Positions 42,088 through 55,957 of a stretch of DNA of 64,000 nt are shown here, one piece after another; the first letter of the stretch is position 1, and each line of letters opens with the position of its first letter. The stretch spans positions 1 to 64,000 of the forward strand of contig JAQGDQ010000663.1 of NCBI GenBank assembly GCA_030141605.1, in the 5' to 3' direction. The stretch comes from Tubiluchus corallicola. Taxonomy: Eukaryota; Animalia; Priapulida. The notes beneath the pieces are model-generated. The model was not told the DNA's origin, did not search any database, and saw only the letters and a program-made list of their open reading frames with translations. The position numbers and the translations under genes were made by a program.

Positions 42088-43608
42088 GCCGGCCACAAAA
42101 AATTTGTTTCTGTCTTATCTCATGAGCTCAAGAGATGTCAGTAAGGAAGGAGAAAAAAATTTCAAAATTTTTTTTAAAGCTTTATGAATGGTTAAAGCTG
42201 AATCTTGGTACATTTAAAATCAGCTGAAATCAAAGTTTGTTTATTTCCCACTGTTTAGCAGTAATGTTTTAAATTTCACACTTTGTTCTATAGGTTTTGG
42301 TTTGTATTGATTATAATTATTGATTATCGTATAGTCTGTTTTTGTATGCATGTTCTGATAATTATTGTATAAGCGGTAGCACTACTTGACTATTAGTAAA
42401 CTGTTTTGGCGGAAAGTCCAATGCTTTTAGCCTCCAGCATGATAATTGGCATCATACAAAATGGGAACCCTAGCCCAGAGTTAGCTGTAGAAAAATATGG
42501 TTGCCCCTCGCCAAAACAATGATGTTACTATAATTATTGAATTTTATGTTTTAAATTAAAAACGTATGCTTTTATATAACTGTGTGCGGTAAGTATATGA
42601 ACGTACAAATAATTATAAATTCCCAGCTGGGTGCACAACAAAAAATAATAATACCCAGGCGATTAGACGGAAACGGAAGTATTTTTATTGCCGGCTAGGC
42701 ACTGATTAGTTAGCACAGCTAGTCAACATTAATAATTGATTTATTTGCATGTGCACGGCACCGGATGATGTGTCTCGCCCACCCATTAGGTTAGGATTTT
42801 AATTTGTCTTTGCTCCAAGAAATATGTCAAAACTGCAAACGGCGAAATTTTATTACCTACATATCTTTTAGATTGCAAAACTATGTAACTTTGAAATTGT
42901 TGGTTGCTCGCTGTACACTGTCCAGTATACCTTATCTAGAAACATATACTTTGGGCTGACAATAAAAATACTTCTGTTTCCATATAATCACTAATCCATC
43001 TAATTTTTTTATCGCGCACCCTGCCGGGAATTTTATAATTTTTTTGTACGTTCATATACTTATTTGACACAGTCATATAAAAGCGTATTTTTTACATTTA
43101 AAACGTAAAATGCTATAATTATTATAACATTGTTTTTTTGGGGAACGCAGGATGTGGCCATGTTTTTCCATGGCTAACTCTCGGCCAGGATTGCTATTTT
43201 GTATGATGCTCATTGTATTGCAGGCTAAAAAATATTGAATTTTCCGCCAAATCTGTGTATTAATGGCCGAGTAGTGTTGCCGCTTATACTATAATTATCA
43301 GAACATACACGTTCATGATAAAAAACAGACTATTGAATAATCGATAATTATACGATAATATAGTAACGCGAAACTAAAAAACAAAGCGTGAAAAAATGTG
43401 CATTGAAAAAATTTAAAACATTACTGCTAACCAGTGGGAATTAAACAAACTTTGATTTCAACTGATTTTAAATATTCCACGATTCAGCATTAAACATTCA
43501 CAAAGCATTAAGAAAATTTCTTTTTCGAAAAATAATTTTTTCCTTCCTCCCACCTGACATCTTTTGAGCTCATGAGGTAAGCCAGAAACAGATTTTTTGT
43601 GGCCGGCC
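42088..43608. mobile_element. Non-autonomous long-TIR (foldback/MITE-like) element, ~1.5 kb
   Basis: ggccggccacaaaaaatttgtttctg..ctcatgagctcaagagatgtcag at 42088 is mirrored at 43554-43608; imperfect symmetry continues ~330 bp inward. No ORF; TSD not clear. Confidence 0.75.
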
Positions 43609-43800
43609 TTGTGTACAGTATAATGTACCCGTTTATATTGCATTGATAGCTACTAAACTGTTACTGTATATTAACTCTTTTGTGGTATGATATTACGACT
43701 AGTTGATGTTTGCTGAATTAGTGATTTCTTCAACTGACATGATTTCATTTTTGTTTTAATTAGTTATAGTCAATTAGCATTTTTTTATATTTCTTAATAG

Positions 43801-43912
43801 CTATCTCAATACGATGAAAGAAGAGCAGTCTGATGGTTGAACAGTTTCATGTCGTGTTGTGCTTATAGAAGCTGTGCAAATGATTCTAAAGCGAGATATA
43901 AAACCAGACACA
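43801..43912 (+). other. Probable CREBRF-like leader exon with uORFs and a possible in-frame start at 43880 (MILKRDIKPDT)
   Basis: Polypyrimidine-TAG acceptor at 43800 and ACA|GTAAGT donor; phase 0 joins the ATG at 44387. Confidence 0.6.
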
Positions 43913-44386
43913 GTAAGTGCTTTGTTCGATATCTTTTTAGCTTTGTGCGTGTTCCATATGGACTTAAATTACAGCTCAAGCGAAAAACGTATGGTAGTTT
44001 TCCCTGATGAATTCTCTTATCCTAATGAAGTGGGATGCTAAAATAGTGTTTCCTTTTAAAGTCACAAAGGAAAGTAAAAAAAGACTAATATAAGAATAAT
44101 ACTGCTTGGGATCTCACTCGCAAACTTTGCTCTGCATCAGTAGAATGTTTGTTCAATGTTGGAAAATTTTAACAAAAAGATTATAAGGCACAAATTCTGC
44201 TGATATATAAGATTTATACTTATATGTGCTAATTCGCATTAGAAACTGTGGTACTATCATACCATCATATAAGTGGCCAGTAGATCTGATTTCTAGTTTT
44301 AATCTAAAGTAAAAATTTGTGAAATGTCCTTGTTCATTATGAGTTTACGTTTTGATTTTGATCACCTTGCGTTTTGTGTTTTTCAG

Positions 44387-45464
44387 ATGTCACAAACCGA
44401 CCCAACATTTCAAATGGGGGTTGATCCGTGGCCAGGAGGGACATACGAGCCGCCACTGCTTGGAGATTTCAACTTTGGTCAAGAGAATAATAACTACAGT
44501 TTTTCTAGTCCTTGTTACGCAGATACAGCTCTGCATTTTTCCGATGTTTGTTCGCCTGTCAGTACCTGCAGTTCCAATCAAACACATGATGGTGATGCCA
44601 TTAAGACAGAACCAGACTTATGGACGGCAGAAAATGCCGTGTTGACAGTGACTGGTCACGATTTTGATGATGTCCAAACAGAGCTAATGGACAGGCCCAA
44701 CTGGACAAATCAAGACCTAGAGTTGCTAAAAATTGAAGATATTTTTCAAGTTGATCCTTCTGATTTGATACAGACTCCAACATTGGCTGAACTGAATAGT
44801 GTTGACGAGTCTATGACGGACTTGTTCGCATGCAAAAAGGAAGAACCTGTATCTAAACCTTATGAGATTATACCAAAGTCCATTGATAAACTGGATTCAA
44901 CATTGTCTAATTTGAGAGAGCCAGGACAAACCGTAGTATATCCGAATCGTGTTAGTGGACAGTTGACGATGATGCCCGCAGCTGCAGATGCCCCAAAGCA
45001 GGACTTATTGGCAAAAAACCCGGGACTTCGGGCGTTATTAACCCAATCGTCGTCGACTTTTCAAACCTCAGCTGTGTGTCAGACAGCAGCAGCAGAATCT
45101 AAGTCACCCACTTTTGGTTCGTCGCTTGCATCAGGTGATTTAATTCTTGCAAGTCAAAAAGCTTCTAGTTCCCATCTCTTCGCATCACATCAAGCATTGC
45201 CAAGTTGTTCAGCACAAGTGCAGTCTGTTGTTCCAGTTAAGAAAGAATCCGTTAGTCAAGTGTCTGCGGTACTTCCTTCTGTGTTACCTAAAAACCAGAA
45301 ATGGGACGAATTTAACACACTGAAAGGAACAGAATGTAAGCAGGTAGAACGCTCTCTGCAACCATTTTCAGAAACTGAACGAAGATGGGAGGAGATTGTT
45401 GATTATATACATAAAAAGGATGATGATGGTACACCTTTGGCAAAACGGACAAAGCTTGAACAAG
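44387..45464 (+). CDS. CREBRF: CREB3 regulatory factor (CREBRF/REPTOR-like), large coding exon
   Basis: TTTCAG acceptor; IEDIFQVD..DLIQTPTLAELN motif characteristic of CREBRF/REPTOR; G|GTTAGT donor. Confidence 0.88.
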
Positions 45465-45559
45465 GTTAGTAAATTTTACAAATGAACTTGGTACTTTAGA
45501 ACTGATTATAAAAATCACTAGGTCTTTCCATAAACATTTGTTCCATTTGTTTAAAGCCT

Positions 45560-45937
45560 ATGACACACCAAAGCGTCCAGCGTCTGGAAGCGAGAAAGAA
45601 TGAAGAATGTATATATTGTCAACCAAAAGATTGTGGTAGCCGACACTAGAAGCCAAATGCTAGAAGCTCTTTCTGTTTTTTGGGGGGTCTAACCTCCGGC
45701 ATCTTGTCATCCAGCCAATAATGACTGGCCCTGGGAATTATTATATGAACAAATAACGTAAAAGAGAAAGCATTGCAAAATAAATTTGGTATCATCCATT
45801 TTCTTTTTCTGTGAAGAACATACAGATTGGACACCAGATACAGGTACTTTAGTTGTTAACTTTTAAGTAAAACTACCAAGTAAGTGCTAGATGCCGGCTG
45901 CCAGAAGCCAGACACTTGATGCTTTGGCGTATCATAC
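45560..45937. mobile_element. MITE-like element
   Basis: ~30-bp imperfect TIRs (tatgacacaccaaagcgtc / gatgctttggcgtatcata), TA at the ends. Confidence 0.6.
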
Positions 45938-46460
45938 TTGTGCAACATCACAGGAAGGAATGACACAGCAGAAGACAACAGAGTAATTTAAAAAAACTGG
46001 GCTGTGCAATTTTGTCCTGATGAGCTCGAGTCTAACGTTTAATCTCGTGAACTAATTACCTTGTCAGACAGTAGTAAATATTAAATAATCTTTCATTAAG
46101 ATATAAGTAACTCTGAAAGGGCGAAACATTGCCTGGTGAATTTTGTTCACCAAAATAGAACTTTACAGAACATACATGTAATTTATAAATCAGTGAATTC
46201 TCATGTTAAAAATCCATATAAAGTCGTAAATTTTGTACAAAGTAAAGCAGCCGTGGCACTAGATTAGTGATTAATGCTAGCTCTTTTGTTTTTCTAAATC
46301 TGTTTCAGATCTCCTTGTAACTAAATTTAAGATCTAAGAATTACAAATTACAGCAAATGAACACACTGATTTTTGAGTGTGAAATTATAGTAGTTTTGTA
46401 AATAAAGAGTGTGTATAATTGTTTTTGTATTTACGTTAAGTGTTGAATAGAAAAAGTAAA

Positions 46461-47019
46461 TTAAAGGAAGACTGGACGATTGATCAGACTCATTTTTATT
46501 TACTGTCCAGAATATACAATTTCTTGCTTATGAAAGTTAGCAATTGTTTCTAATGTTTCAATAATTACCTTGAAAAGTTAATTAATGGCAACTGAACACA
46601 GCTATTGCTTACGTCATGAACTAGCCACTGTTTGCGCAATGGTAGGCATCTTTACTGCATGTCAAGCACGTTTCCATCAGCGAAGATTGCTATAAGATGC
46701 TGTTGTGATGTCACGAAAATGAGCTGTACATCACACTGATGTCACAGATAAACACTGCAGTTCATGATCATGCCTATCATGGTACTGCACCTATTTGTTG
46801 GCCATACTGTGACATAAATGTGACAAAAAGGCACCATTGCCATTCTTAGTGGATTCACCGAACCCTACCTAGCTTTGAAAGTTTAACAAATTTTAACTGA
46901 AGGAGGTAATTATTATTTAATCTAAGATTTAATTTAAAAGAAGCTGTTGTAGTTTTGAATATTTTAGAGAATACTTTATTTTAAACTAAAGTCTACACAA
47001 TCGTCCTGTTTTCCTTTAA
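46461..47019. mobile_element. TTAA-flanked MITE (Kolobok/piggyBac-like)
   Basis: TTAA-AGGAAGACTGGACGATT ... AATCGTCCTGTTTTCCT-TTAA; diverged copy at ~55490-55957 and a similar end at 62726. Confidence 0.75.
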
Positions 47020-47278
47020 GTAAAAATTTTTAAAAATATTTTTAACTTTTTGGAAATCGCTATCATTCCGCTTACTTTATTTGCCTAAAATATGTAGCAA
47101 GGAAACAATGAACTTTGTGAGTTGTGTGAAGTTTATAGCCTGTAATTTAACGACAATTGTTGTGGTGATTTATAATTACCAAATGCTTTATATAATTAAT
47201 AGATTTCTACAGGATTCATTATAAAATGTTTAATAGTCGATTTTGCATAACACACCACTGTGTATATTATTCGTTTAG

Positions 47279-47404
47279 TTTCTGCACAAAGGCAGAAAGT
47301 GAATTGCAAGTCACTGGCCAAGCAGGACATGACAAAAGATGAAGATGTTTTGGAGATCGACGATCCTGCTGGCAGTGATGTAGATGCTGATCTTGGCAAA
47401 ATGG
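47279..47404 (+). CDS. CREBRF: CREBRF-like acidic exon
   Basis: Phase 1/1, 126 bp, open and D/E-rich. Confidence 0.75.
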
Positions 47405-47454
47405 GTAATAAGTTGTTGATATTAATTAACATTATCATTGTCTACATTATATTT

Positions 47455-48064
47455 GTGTGCTTGCAAACACAAACCGTCCATAAGTCGGCATAGTTGTATT
47501 ATGATGTATCAAAGTAGAAACCACCAAAAATGTGGTCAAATGTCAATTTTTTGCTTTTTATAAAAACAAACACTAAATATATTGGACTTTTACATTCTAG
47601 CATCAAATTATCAAGAAAAGTTCAAAAAATACTAAAAATCTAATTCATTAACACCCTACATACATTTCTAACTAGAAACTAGTACAGCAATTGTAAAAAA
47701 CTCCAATTGTAGCTCATGGAAGCAGTCATTTTGCTTCGGTTTCTTTTGCTACCAATCCCAGATCTTCGACTGGAAGAGCAATCTGGAGAAAAGTCCATAG
47801 CAACCAACATTTGTACAGTTGCTACGTGTTTTTAAGAAAGTCGACGAAAAACAATGCCTAACTTTAATAGTGCTTTTCAAGATTAAGTTTTCCAGTGCAT
47901 AGCCTGCACCTTAACTTCAACGTGGATGATCTCAGCTTAAAAAGTAACATTGAGCGATGAGCTTGGTATCAAAATGATCCTCGTGAAATGGAAATTCAGG
48001 GTATGCGAATAACCAGAAAAGGTTAACTGCCGACTTATGGACGATTTTGCTATGCAAGCGCACA
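47455..48064. mobile_element. MITE-like element
   Basis: ~35-bp TIRs containing cgtccataagtcggca / tgccgacttatggacg. Confidence 0.65.
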
Positions 48065-48799
48065 TTTTGTGGTAAAATCACTTTTTTCAGTGTTCAGTAT
48101 GGACAATTCCATGAAAAAATGATGGCTGAAATTCAGATTTTTGTTGTGTTTTTGAGTAAAGTAAAAGTATTAGTCTGAGTGACTAAGATGATTATCACTG
48201 TCTACTTTAGGCTATATATTTCATGGCCAAATTGCTTTTCTATGCAATATGGCCAGTTCCGTCAAATGGCGAACATAGTGAAAAAGTTTAACATGGTTTT
48301 AATTCAAATTTTAAATGAAATTAGGAGATCTTAATATCTGTTTGATCGAAATGTGAGCTGCTGATTTTTGCCTTGTACAACTTAGAAGTGCCTTTGTTTT
48401 TGTTGAAGGCTTAAATTTGATTTTATTTTGCGTAATTTTGAAACTAGTGAATACCTGGAAATGTTTTATGTAAGTTCGTGTGTAACTATAACATGTTTAT
48501 ATAAATGAAATCATTGTTTCCTTGTTTATGTAACAATTTTGAAATGTAGCACTTCACTAGTTGCACTTGACCCATTTCTTAGAACCATTTTGAGAAAGCT
48601 CACACAGGTATAAGAAAGGCTAACTGAATCTTTTCTCTGTGCAAATTATTGGTGTAGCCAATTCAACTGGATTTTATACATTAACACTTTATTTCCTGTA
48701 CCTCATTGTTATCAGAGTGAGTTTCCGTATCTTGAATTTGGTACATATGTGCTTGTAAGATTTTATACTTTATACGATGTGTTTTGTTGATTCCCACAG

Positions 48800-49007
48800 A
48801 TTTTCTCCTTACGGATGACAGTGATTCGGAATCGGAAACATTTCTGAAGCCTCCATCTTGTCGTCGCAAGCAACGATTTTTTTGGGAATATAACTTGCAA
48901 GCAAAAGGTCAGAAGGGAGAGAGGCTACACGTCTTAGATGATGCAATGGATCCACATGTCCTTGGCAAAGCTTCTGATCCCGTCTTTCTACCAGATATCC
49001 ACATTAG
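48800..49007 (+). CDS. CREBRF: CREBRF-like exon (RFFWEYNLQAKGQKG)
   Basis: FWEY motif; phases 1/2 consistent. Confidence 0.9.
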
Positions 49008-51853
49008 GTAGCATTTTTATTAACTTGTTTAAATGAATTGAAATAGTCGTTTCTTGGGAAAAAATCTAGATTTTCTTTTTAAAAGCTCTCAGTTATTCTT
49101 AAAGGACAAGAAAAGGTGAACCTGTGTTAGGTTTCAGAAAAAGTGCCTTAAGAAAATATAAGGAAATATATTGCTTTATAGCAATTTTACGCATTTATCA
49201 TACTCGTGTTGAAAAGATTTTTTGTTTGTTTTCATTTTAAATTTCTCGCGACACTGCCCTTTACATGACGTTATACACGCACAACATAAATCAGAGGAAG
49301 AAAAGGCAATTTTGAATTACGTGCCAAAAAACTTTTCATGCAAAGTTGTATTACTTAGTATTTCGCTTACCTGCTTGAAAGAGTTGTGTAACTAGAAAAA
49401 AAGAAAATTATTAGTTATTTAAAATGTTTTCACCAATTGGTAAAATATCGTTGACTCACACTCCAGGGTGCACCACTCACCCACCAAAAATGTATTTTTA
49501 ATCTTATTTAAAGATACAGTAATTTAAAATTTTAATTAGTTAGTGATGTGTGCGCTACGAATGCTCTGATTATTTTCTCAAACTACACAATGTTATCTAA
49601 GCTTGTTTCGAAAAACCTGTTGTCAAAATGGTTACATCTAACGGTCATCGCGGGAGTTTAAATTTACATGCTTTATACAGCGTACTGCCGACGCAAGCCC
49701 TGTATGCAAAAAGACAGCATGTAAGTGGTATAAAATTTCAAGACGAAGTTTTTAAGCTTTATGTAAGTGGAGTGTTTTCCTGTGCTTTAAAATTTTAAAA
49801 GTAATCTGTCCCATTTATTAATGGATTTTCAAATGTACAATGGTGTATGGGTTTTCCAATTATTGTTTACATAAGAGAAAGCGGAACATAAGTCAAAAGG
49901 GTTTTAGTTATTCGATGTACGCACTTACATGTTAGATAGTTTAAACATGGTTTATTTGGTTTAGATTAAGCAGTTTTTAAAACTGATACAACATAAATCA
50001 ACAATAATACAACATGGCAGTTATATTTGGACGTTAGTGTTTTATTTCTGGAGATAGGTTGCACAATTTTTTTCTTGGGTTGGAAATGGAAATATTACTT
50101 GAGCTAATACATCTAGGATTCGCAATGTCATTCAATCAGAGAAAGAGGAGCTGTTCTTCTTTGTCTCCTCGTATTTCCCGTCCAGACTTAATTAGTGAAA
50201 TGCATTCGGCTGTTTGTCTCATTGTGAGACAATGTTTGTATTTTCAAACGTGGCTATGATAGGATTTGCTGTTTCAGTGTGTCATCTTAGAGCACTGTCT
50301 TTATAATGTGCTAGGTTCTGGTCAAGCCTCATCAATACGCATTAGTGTTCTAGTACTTGAGTCTCGACTCCGACTCAACTTGAACATAGGGAAGTTAAAC
50401 CATACAAATTTGGCGATATGATAAAGATAAACTATTCTATAGATGACACGATATGATATGATACGATAAACGAGAAAAATGATACTGAAGTTAGACAATT
50501 TATGCAATAACAGAAATGCATCATTAATAATTAAAATCATTAAGTGCTTCAGTGCATTCAGTGCTGTATACATAAATGGTTGTTAGTTATGAAACACAAG
50601 TTTGTTTTGTCATAATGATTTATAATTAAGTAAGCTGCGTCAGATAAAAATTATTATCTAAGCGAGCTGCAGATAACGGGAACGTGACAATAAAAATACA
50701 GTACAGTGTATTTGGCATCCATGCATCAGTATCAAAGTCACTATACTTTGTCAGTATGATTTAGAATGAAGATGGATGTTATTGCCAGACGAAAGTACAA
50801 GAAAATGATTTGGCATCTGACGAGCTTATAATTTTAAATAATTCTTCTTATCCACTTCTTTGCATAATTGCTGTAACTAAATAGAAAATAAAATTGAAGC
50901 AATTTTACAAAGGTAAGCAGTAAGCAATGATACATGCCAAATTTGATATGTTAACGATATTCTCATAATGTTAACGACACTTTACGATAAAAACGAATTT
51001 TTTGTATTGATACGATAGTTGATAATTGTCGATACGTATGGTTATCATTAACATCCCTATTCGGACTCGTATGTAACTGACTCGAGATCTGACTCGGACT
51101 TGTAATAATATAAATGATTATCGATTTGACCCGGACTCGAAATGATGAAGCACTGACTTGACCAGTGGCTCAAATTGTATGGACAATAAAACGAACACGT
51201 GTTATAACTATGTAATTACAAGTTTCTTGTGAAAACATCCCAATTTCACATTTGATCAGTGTTAATTGTCTGTTGCCATGTTTGTATATTATGCATAAAG
51301 TGGGATTCTGAAAGTCTAACTATTATGTCTAACATTAACCTCTAGCTCAAACAGAAATGATCTTGAAGATCCCCTTACCACCTTATCCCCTTGTCACATG
51401 TGGGGATAAATCATTCAATATGGGTGTGTCCAAATTGTGGAATTCTTTACCCCTGCAATTATGCCTGATAATTTTAAAAATGCACAGATTAATGCATAAT
51501 TAAGTAAAGTTCACGTAAAACAACTGAAGTTATTGGTTTTTCTTTACACACGTCACATGACTGTTGTAGTTAAGATGTGTTGCTCTGGCACACTTAACTT
51601 TTGACCTGCAGCAACTGCGCATGCGAACAACGAAACTGAAAAGACTTATTAGTCAGCGATTCAACCAGGCAGCCAGGAAATAGGTCAGTGATTTCTTTAA
51701 AGATGAAAACAACAAAAATGACGACATTTATTTACTGCCATTCAATTAGTGATTCACACTTGCAATGCGCAAAATTTTTCTCTTTTGCAATTCTAAAAAA
51801 GAGCCATTCTTGTCGGTCATGCGTGTCAATAAGAATAATTTTCATTTTATTAG

Positions 51854-52045
51854 TGGGATAAAGCACAGCGGTAAAGCGCGGAAAGGAGACGGAAACGACT
51901 TGACCCCTAACCCCAGAAAATTGTACAGCATCGGACAGGAGCTAAAACACCTGAGCAGAACAATAAATAATATGTTACCCGTGAGTGAAGTGCCAGCAAC
52001 AGTGCGCACAAAATCACGCCGTGAAAAGAACAAGTTAGCATCAAG
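51854..52045 (+). CDS. CREBRF: CREBRF-like exon ([13 protein letters not shown]...[11 protein letters not shown], basic region)
   Basis: DLTPNPxKL and KNKLASR signatures. Confidence 0.95.
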
Positions 52046-53736
52046 GTTAGTATGTCTTCAAACAATATTACACGTACTGTAAATTCTTGAGATAAACCTT
52101 GTTATAACAAACCTTGGATATAACTGACGGTCCATTCTTGTTACACCGAGAAGTACTCTGTAAGATGAATGTGAAAATACGAAAATTTATTCAGCCATAT
52201 GAAAGCAGCACACACTTTTAACAGTAAAGTTACATTTCAATTTATTCACCGTAGTATTTAAACACAAGGATTGTCAATAATTACATTATGAAATCAGGCC
52301 TCTTAAACCAAGCAAAATGATAAACTTCCATTTAAAAATTCCAATAGGTCTACATCGTCATCATCATCATCATATGCACGGGTATGCCCATCGTAGATGT
52401 TGGGCAGGCAGAAATTCTAAAATAAAAAACAAAAAGCAAAGCATCTTCAGCATCATCTAAGCCCATTACATCTGTTGTACACAATGAACAGGCAGAATTC
52501 TAAAATAAATGAAATGTACCTCAAAACAGGTAAACACGGCTGTAATCCACCAAAAAACTAGACACTACTGTGCAAATTTTTCAGGTCATTTCTGCGCATA
52601 AAAGCTATAGTTGCTTGCTGTTTGGCGTTCGTTCATTATATGAACTACTGTTAGTATTACTTTCTAACTAAGTTTATATTTTCAATATTGACTGTAAGAG
52701 TTTGTCCTCATCTGGCAGTCCTTTGCAAGGCTGAATCAGGACGTTGGGTTGGGATGCGGTGCTTCTTTATCTGGCATGATAGGCTTATAGCTTATAATAC
52801 ATTGTCTAAATGCCATAAATTACTGTTACTCATTATCTAGCTGCTACCGCAAAATGATTTACAATAAGAGCTATTATAATTAGCTCGAATTTAATTCTCT
52901 TTTACATTATTTACTTTTTCTGTGTTATTGTAAATTCTCCCATAACATCAAATAGCAGCTCTGCACACAACTTATCATTAAATGACACTAAAATTTCCAC
53001 ATCAGTAAAGGGTCACAAATTCGGTGCCCGAAGGTTGCGCTAATCTGTATGCTATCTGTAAATTATGGAAACTGCTGCACAGAACTTACACTTACATTTT
53101 GCCCTATTTTGCTGGTTCCGTTCAGCTGAGTAAGCATTTTGCAAGACAGTTTATTAAATTCTATGCTGTAGCATGAAAAAATAGTAGTAACTTGACAATT
53201 AACTTTTTAGGGCCAAACATATGTTATGCGACGTAATCTCGATAATGGGTTTCAACTTGTATAAAATTGTTATGGAAAATAATGTTACTCTAGAAGATGC
53301 ATTTAGATATTTTCATGTATTATCTCGTAAAATTGTAAAAGTAAGCAACTTAAATTCTACACAGCAAGCAATATCAAACTTAGCAAAAGACTGTGTAGAA
53401 ACCCGGAATTTAATTTTCGTCAAAGTATCACTTGAGAGAAATGTTAGACTATGCGGTGTGTTTAACTGTTTTGTCTTCTTGCTTGTAAATAATATCCATG
53501 CTTGTTTTTTTGTTGTTGTTGTTCAGTGTTTGATATTTATTTTTACTTCTACTACTAGTCTACTAATTTTTTTTTAATTGAACCACTTGTGTAACTTAAC
53601 TGTACGAAATAAATGTGTTGCCAAATAGGTCATGATAAATTGACAAAATACTGTGTATTTATTAATCATGAGCAGGTATGCAAAAAGGTTAACAGTAACC
53701 ATCGCTATGTGTTATTATGAATTTTGTTTCTTTCAG

Positions 53737-53810
53737 AGCATGCAGACTAAAGAAAAAAGCTCACCATGAATCCAACAAGTTGAAGCTATTTGGTCTGGAA
53801 CGAGAGCATG
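53737..53810 (+). CDS. CREBRF: CREBRF-like exon (ACRLKKKAHHESNKLKLFGLEREH, bZIP)
   Basis: ACRLKKKA signature; phases 2/1. Confidence 0.95.
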
Positions 53811-54118
53811 GTACGAATTTATTGTTTAGCCCAGAAATAATCTCATCTCTCTTAGTTTATCTGTTACAAAATAATGAATATCAATCTCAGATAATTACTT
53901 AGATGAAATTTGATTGAATTCTGTAAACTTTAGTAGCAGTTGCTGGCTTTCTAAGTTTTTTATTCTATTTAACTTGTATGTATTTGCCTGTTTTTTAATT
54001 GTAGCTTAGGTGTGTGTACGTTACAGTCACTTTTACTTTCTTTCAACTTTGGTTAATAGTCTTGACATTTAAATCTTATGTAATTGATGCACATCTGTTA
54101 CTTTATCTTTGCTTGTAG

Positions 54119-54241
54119 AAGCTTTGATGAAGACACTGACATTGATAAAAAGAGAAATGCTGCAGAGGATTCAGTATCCAAGCACCAAGTATAGTGAGAC
54201 ATTATGTGAATACTTGGATCAACTTGCCAAGGAAAGACTGC
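54119..54241 (+). CDS. CREBRF: CREBRF-like exon (zipper continuation)
   Basis: TAG acceptor, C|GTATGT donor, phase 1/1. Confidence 0.85.
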
Positions 54242-55083
54242 GTATGTATTTTCTCAGTTTCAGTGACGATGCTCAAAGTGTAGTTGCCAGCCGTAACTTC
54301 ATTCCACTACTGTATTTGCTATTGTGTAGTAATTAACATGTACTAACACTATGAATGGATATGATCGTGACGTCTTAAATATTATAAGAGGCATTCAGAG
54401 AATATCACTTTTAGAGGCGACTTTCTTCCTTATAACACACCTATGATGCAAATAAATGATGGTATCTTAATCACAGCCATGCTGGTTAATGGCTCTCAAA
54501 AACATCCCAAGTGTAGAAGGTAGCCCTTAGCTTTGCATAATATGATCTGTTTATTACAGGTTTCATGTTATTGGATACTGGATTTTTATTACACTCGTAT
54601 CCGAATTTGCCAATTGTCCTTATTTAACGATACTAAGCTAATACAGTAGGCACCATGTACTAGATTCAGGGTAATGTAGAATCAATCTACTATTTGCCTC
54701 AAAAACGTCTAGTATGGGCAGTTCATGACATGCAAGCTACACACATACGTGTCTTTACACACTGGTTGATTGCACTGATGTAATGATGTAAACAAAGTGA
54801 CGGTCAGTCAACTAGCGGTCAGCTCGTGAAACAACAGACTGTGTCCGTAGTATGCAGGACTTTTAACGGTCCAAATTTTGTCTGATTTTTCCAATATCCA
54901 TAAAAGCGAGATCCGGCAAACCGTGATAGGAGAGTTCTTTGTATTTCGTTTAACTCATTGCAACTTTGTTGATCCTCGGTTTAAGTTAGCTGACCAAAGT
55001 TGAGTATTGGTGACTTACGATTGGTTATGAAGGAAAATTTTCACCTGTAAGTATGTTAATGCAAGTGACCTTTTGATTTTCAG

Positions 55084-55175
55084 AGGGTGTAATGGTTGGA
55101 GACTCTGCTGAATTCATTGTGGAAATACTACAGAATATTGTGAAAGGTCATCCGACAGGAGGCCTACAGCTATAA
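55084..55175 (+). CDS. CREBRF: CREBRF-like last coding exon (..SAEFIVEILQNIVKGHPTGGLQL*)
   Basis: GxPTGGL C-terminal motif; the CDS from 44387 totals 1893 nt (630 aa). Confidence 0.88.
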
Positions 55176-55489
55176 ACTGAGTGTGTCGCGTCGACTGAAA
55201 TGCATTGTACCTAAGCCAGAGTGGGTTCCTGGTTATTAATCTGCATTGCATTTCTTTATTGTTTGTGCTATGAAATTTTTCTGTTACTCATCATAAATTA
55301 TTTAATTTGTAACATGTGCTTTTTAACAAAATTGCGCTCCATTTGATGTTGAAATGACATTGGCTTTTGTGATGGACAGAATGACATTTATGTCGCTGAT
55401 GGTGCAATAGTTATTCATTGTTGATCGTAGAGAAATTCCTGTGAATGAGGTAATATGACCTCATAATATGAATGAGGTAATAAGGGAAA

Positions 55490-55957
55490 GCGTGACACAA
55501 GATTATACTCAATCTCATTTTAATTTACTGTCCAAAATGTACATTTTTGGCTGGAAAAGTTAGCAGTTGTTTTTAATATTTGAATAAATACCTTGGAAAG
55601 TTAATTAATGGCAACTGAACACAGCTATCACTTACTTCACAAACTAACCACAATTTGGCACGAAAATGAGCTGTACGTCACACTGAGCTCACAGACGAAT
55701 GTTGCAGTTCGTGATCATGCTTATCACGGTACCGCGTCTATTTGTCGGCCATGTGAATGTGACGAAAAGGGCGCCATTGCCAGTCCTAGTGGATTCGCTG
55801 AGCCACTTGTAGCTTTGAAAGTTCATCAAAATTTAACCATCCGAGGTAATTATTATGTAATCTAATCTTCGAGTTAAAAAAGCTGTCATTGTTTCACTAT
55901 TTTAGAGCATACTTTATTTTGACCTAATGTGTACATAATCGTCCAGTTTTCCTTCAC
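55490..55957. mobile_element. Second copy of the TTAA-MITE family, ~300 bp after the CREBRF stop
   Basis: Collinear similarity to 46490-47015 with an internal deletion. Confidence 0.7.
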
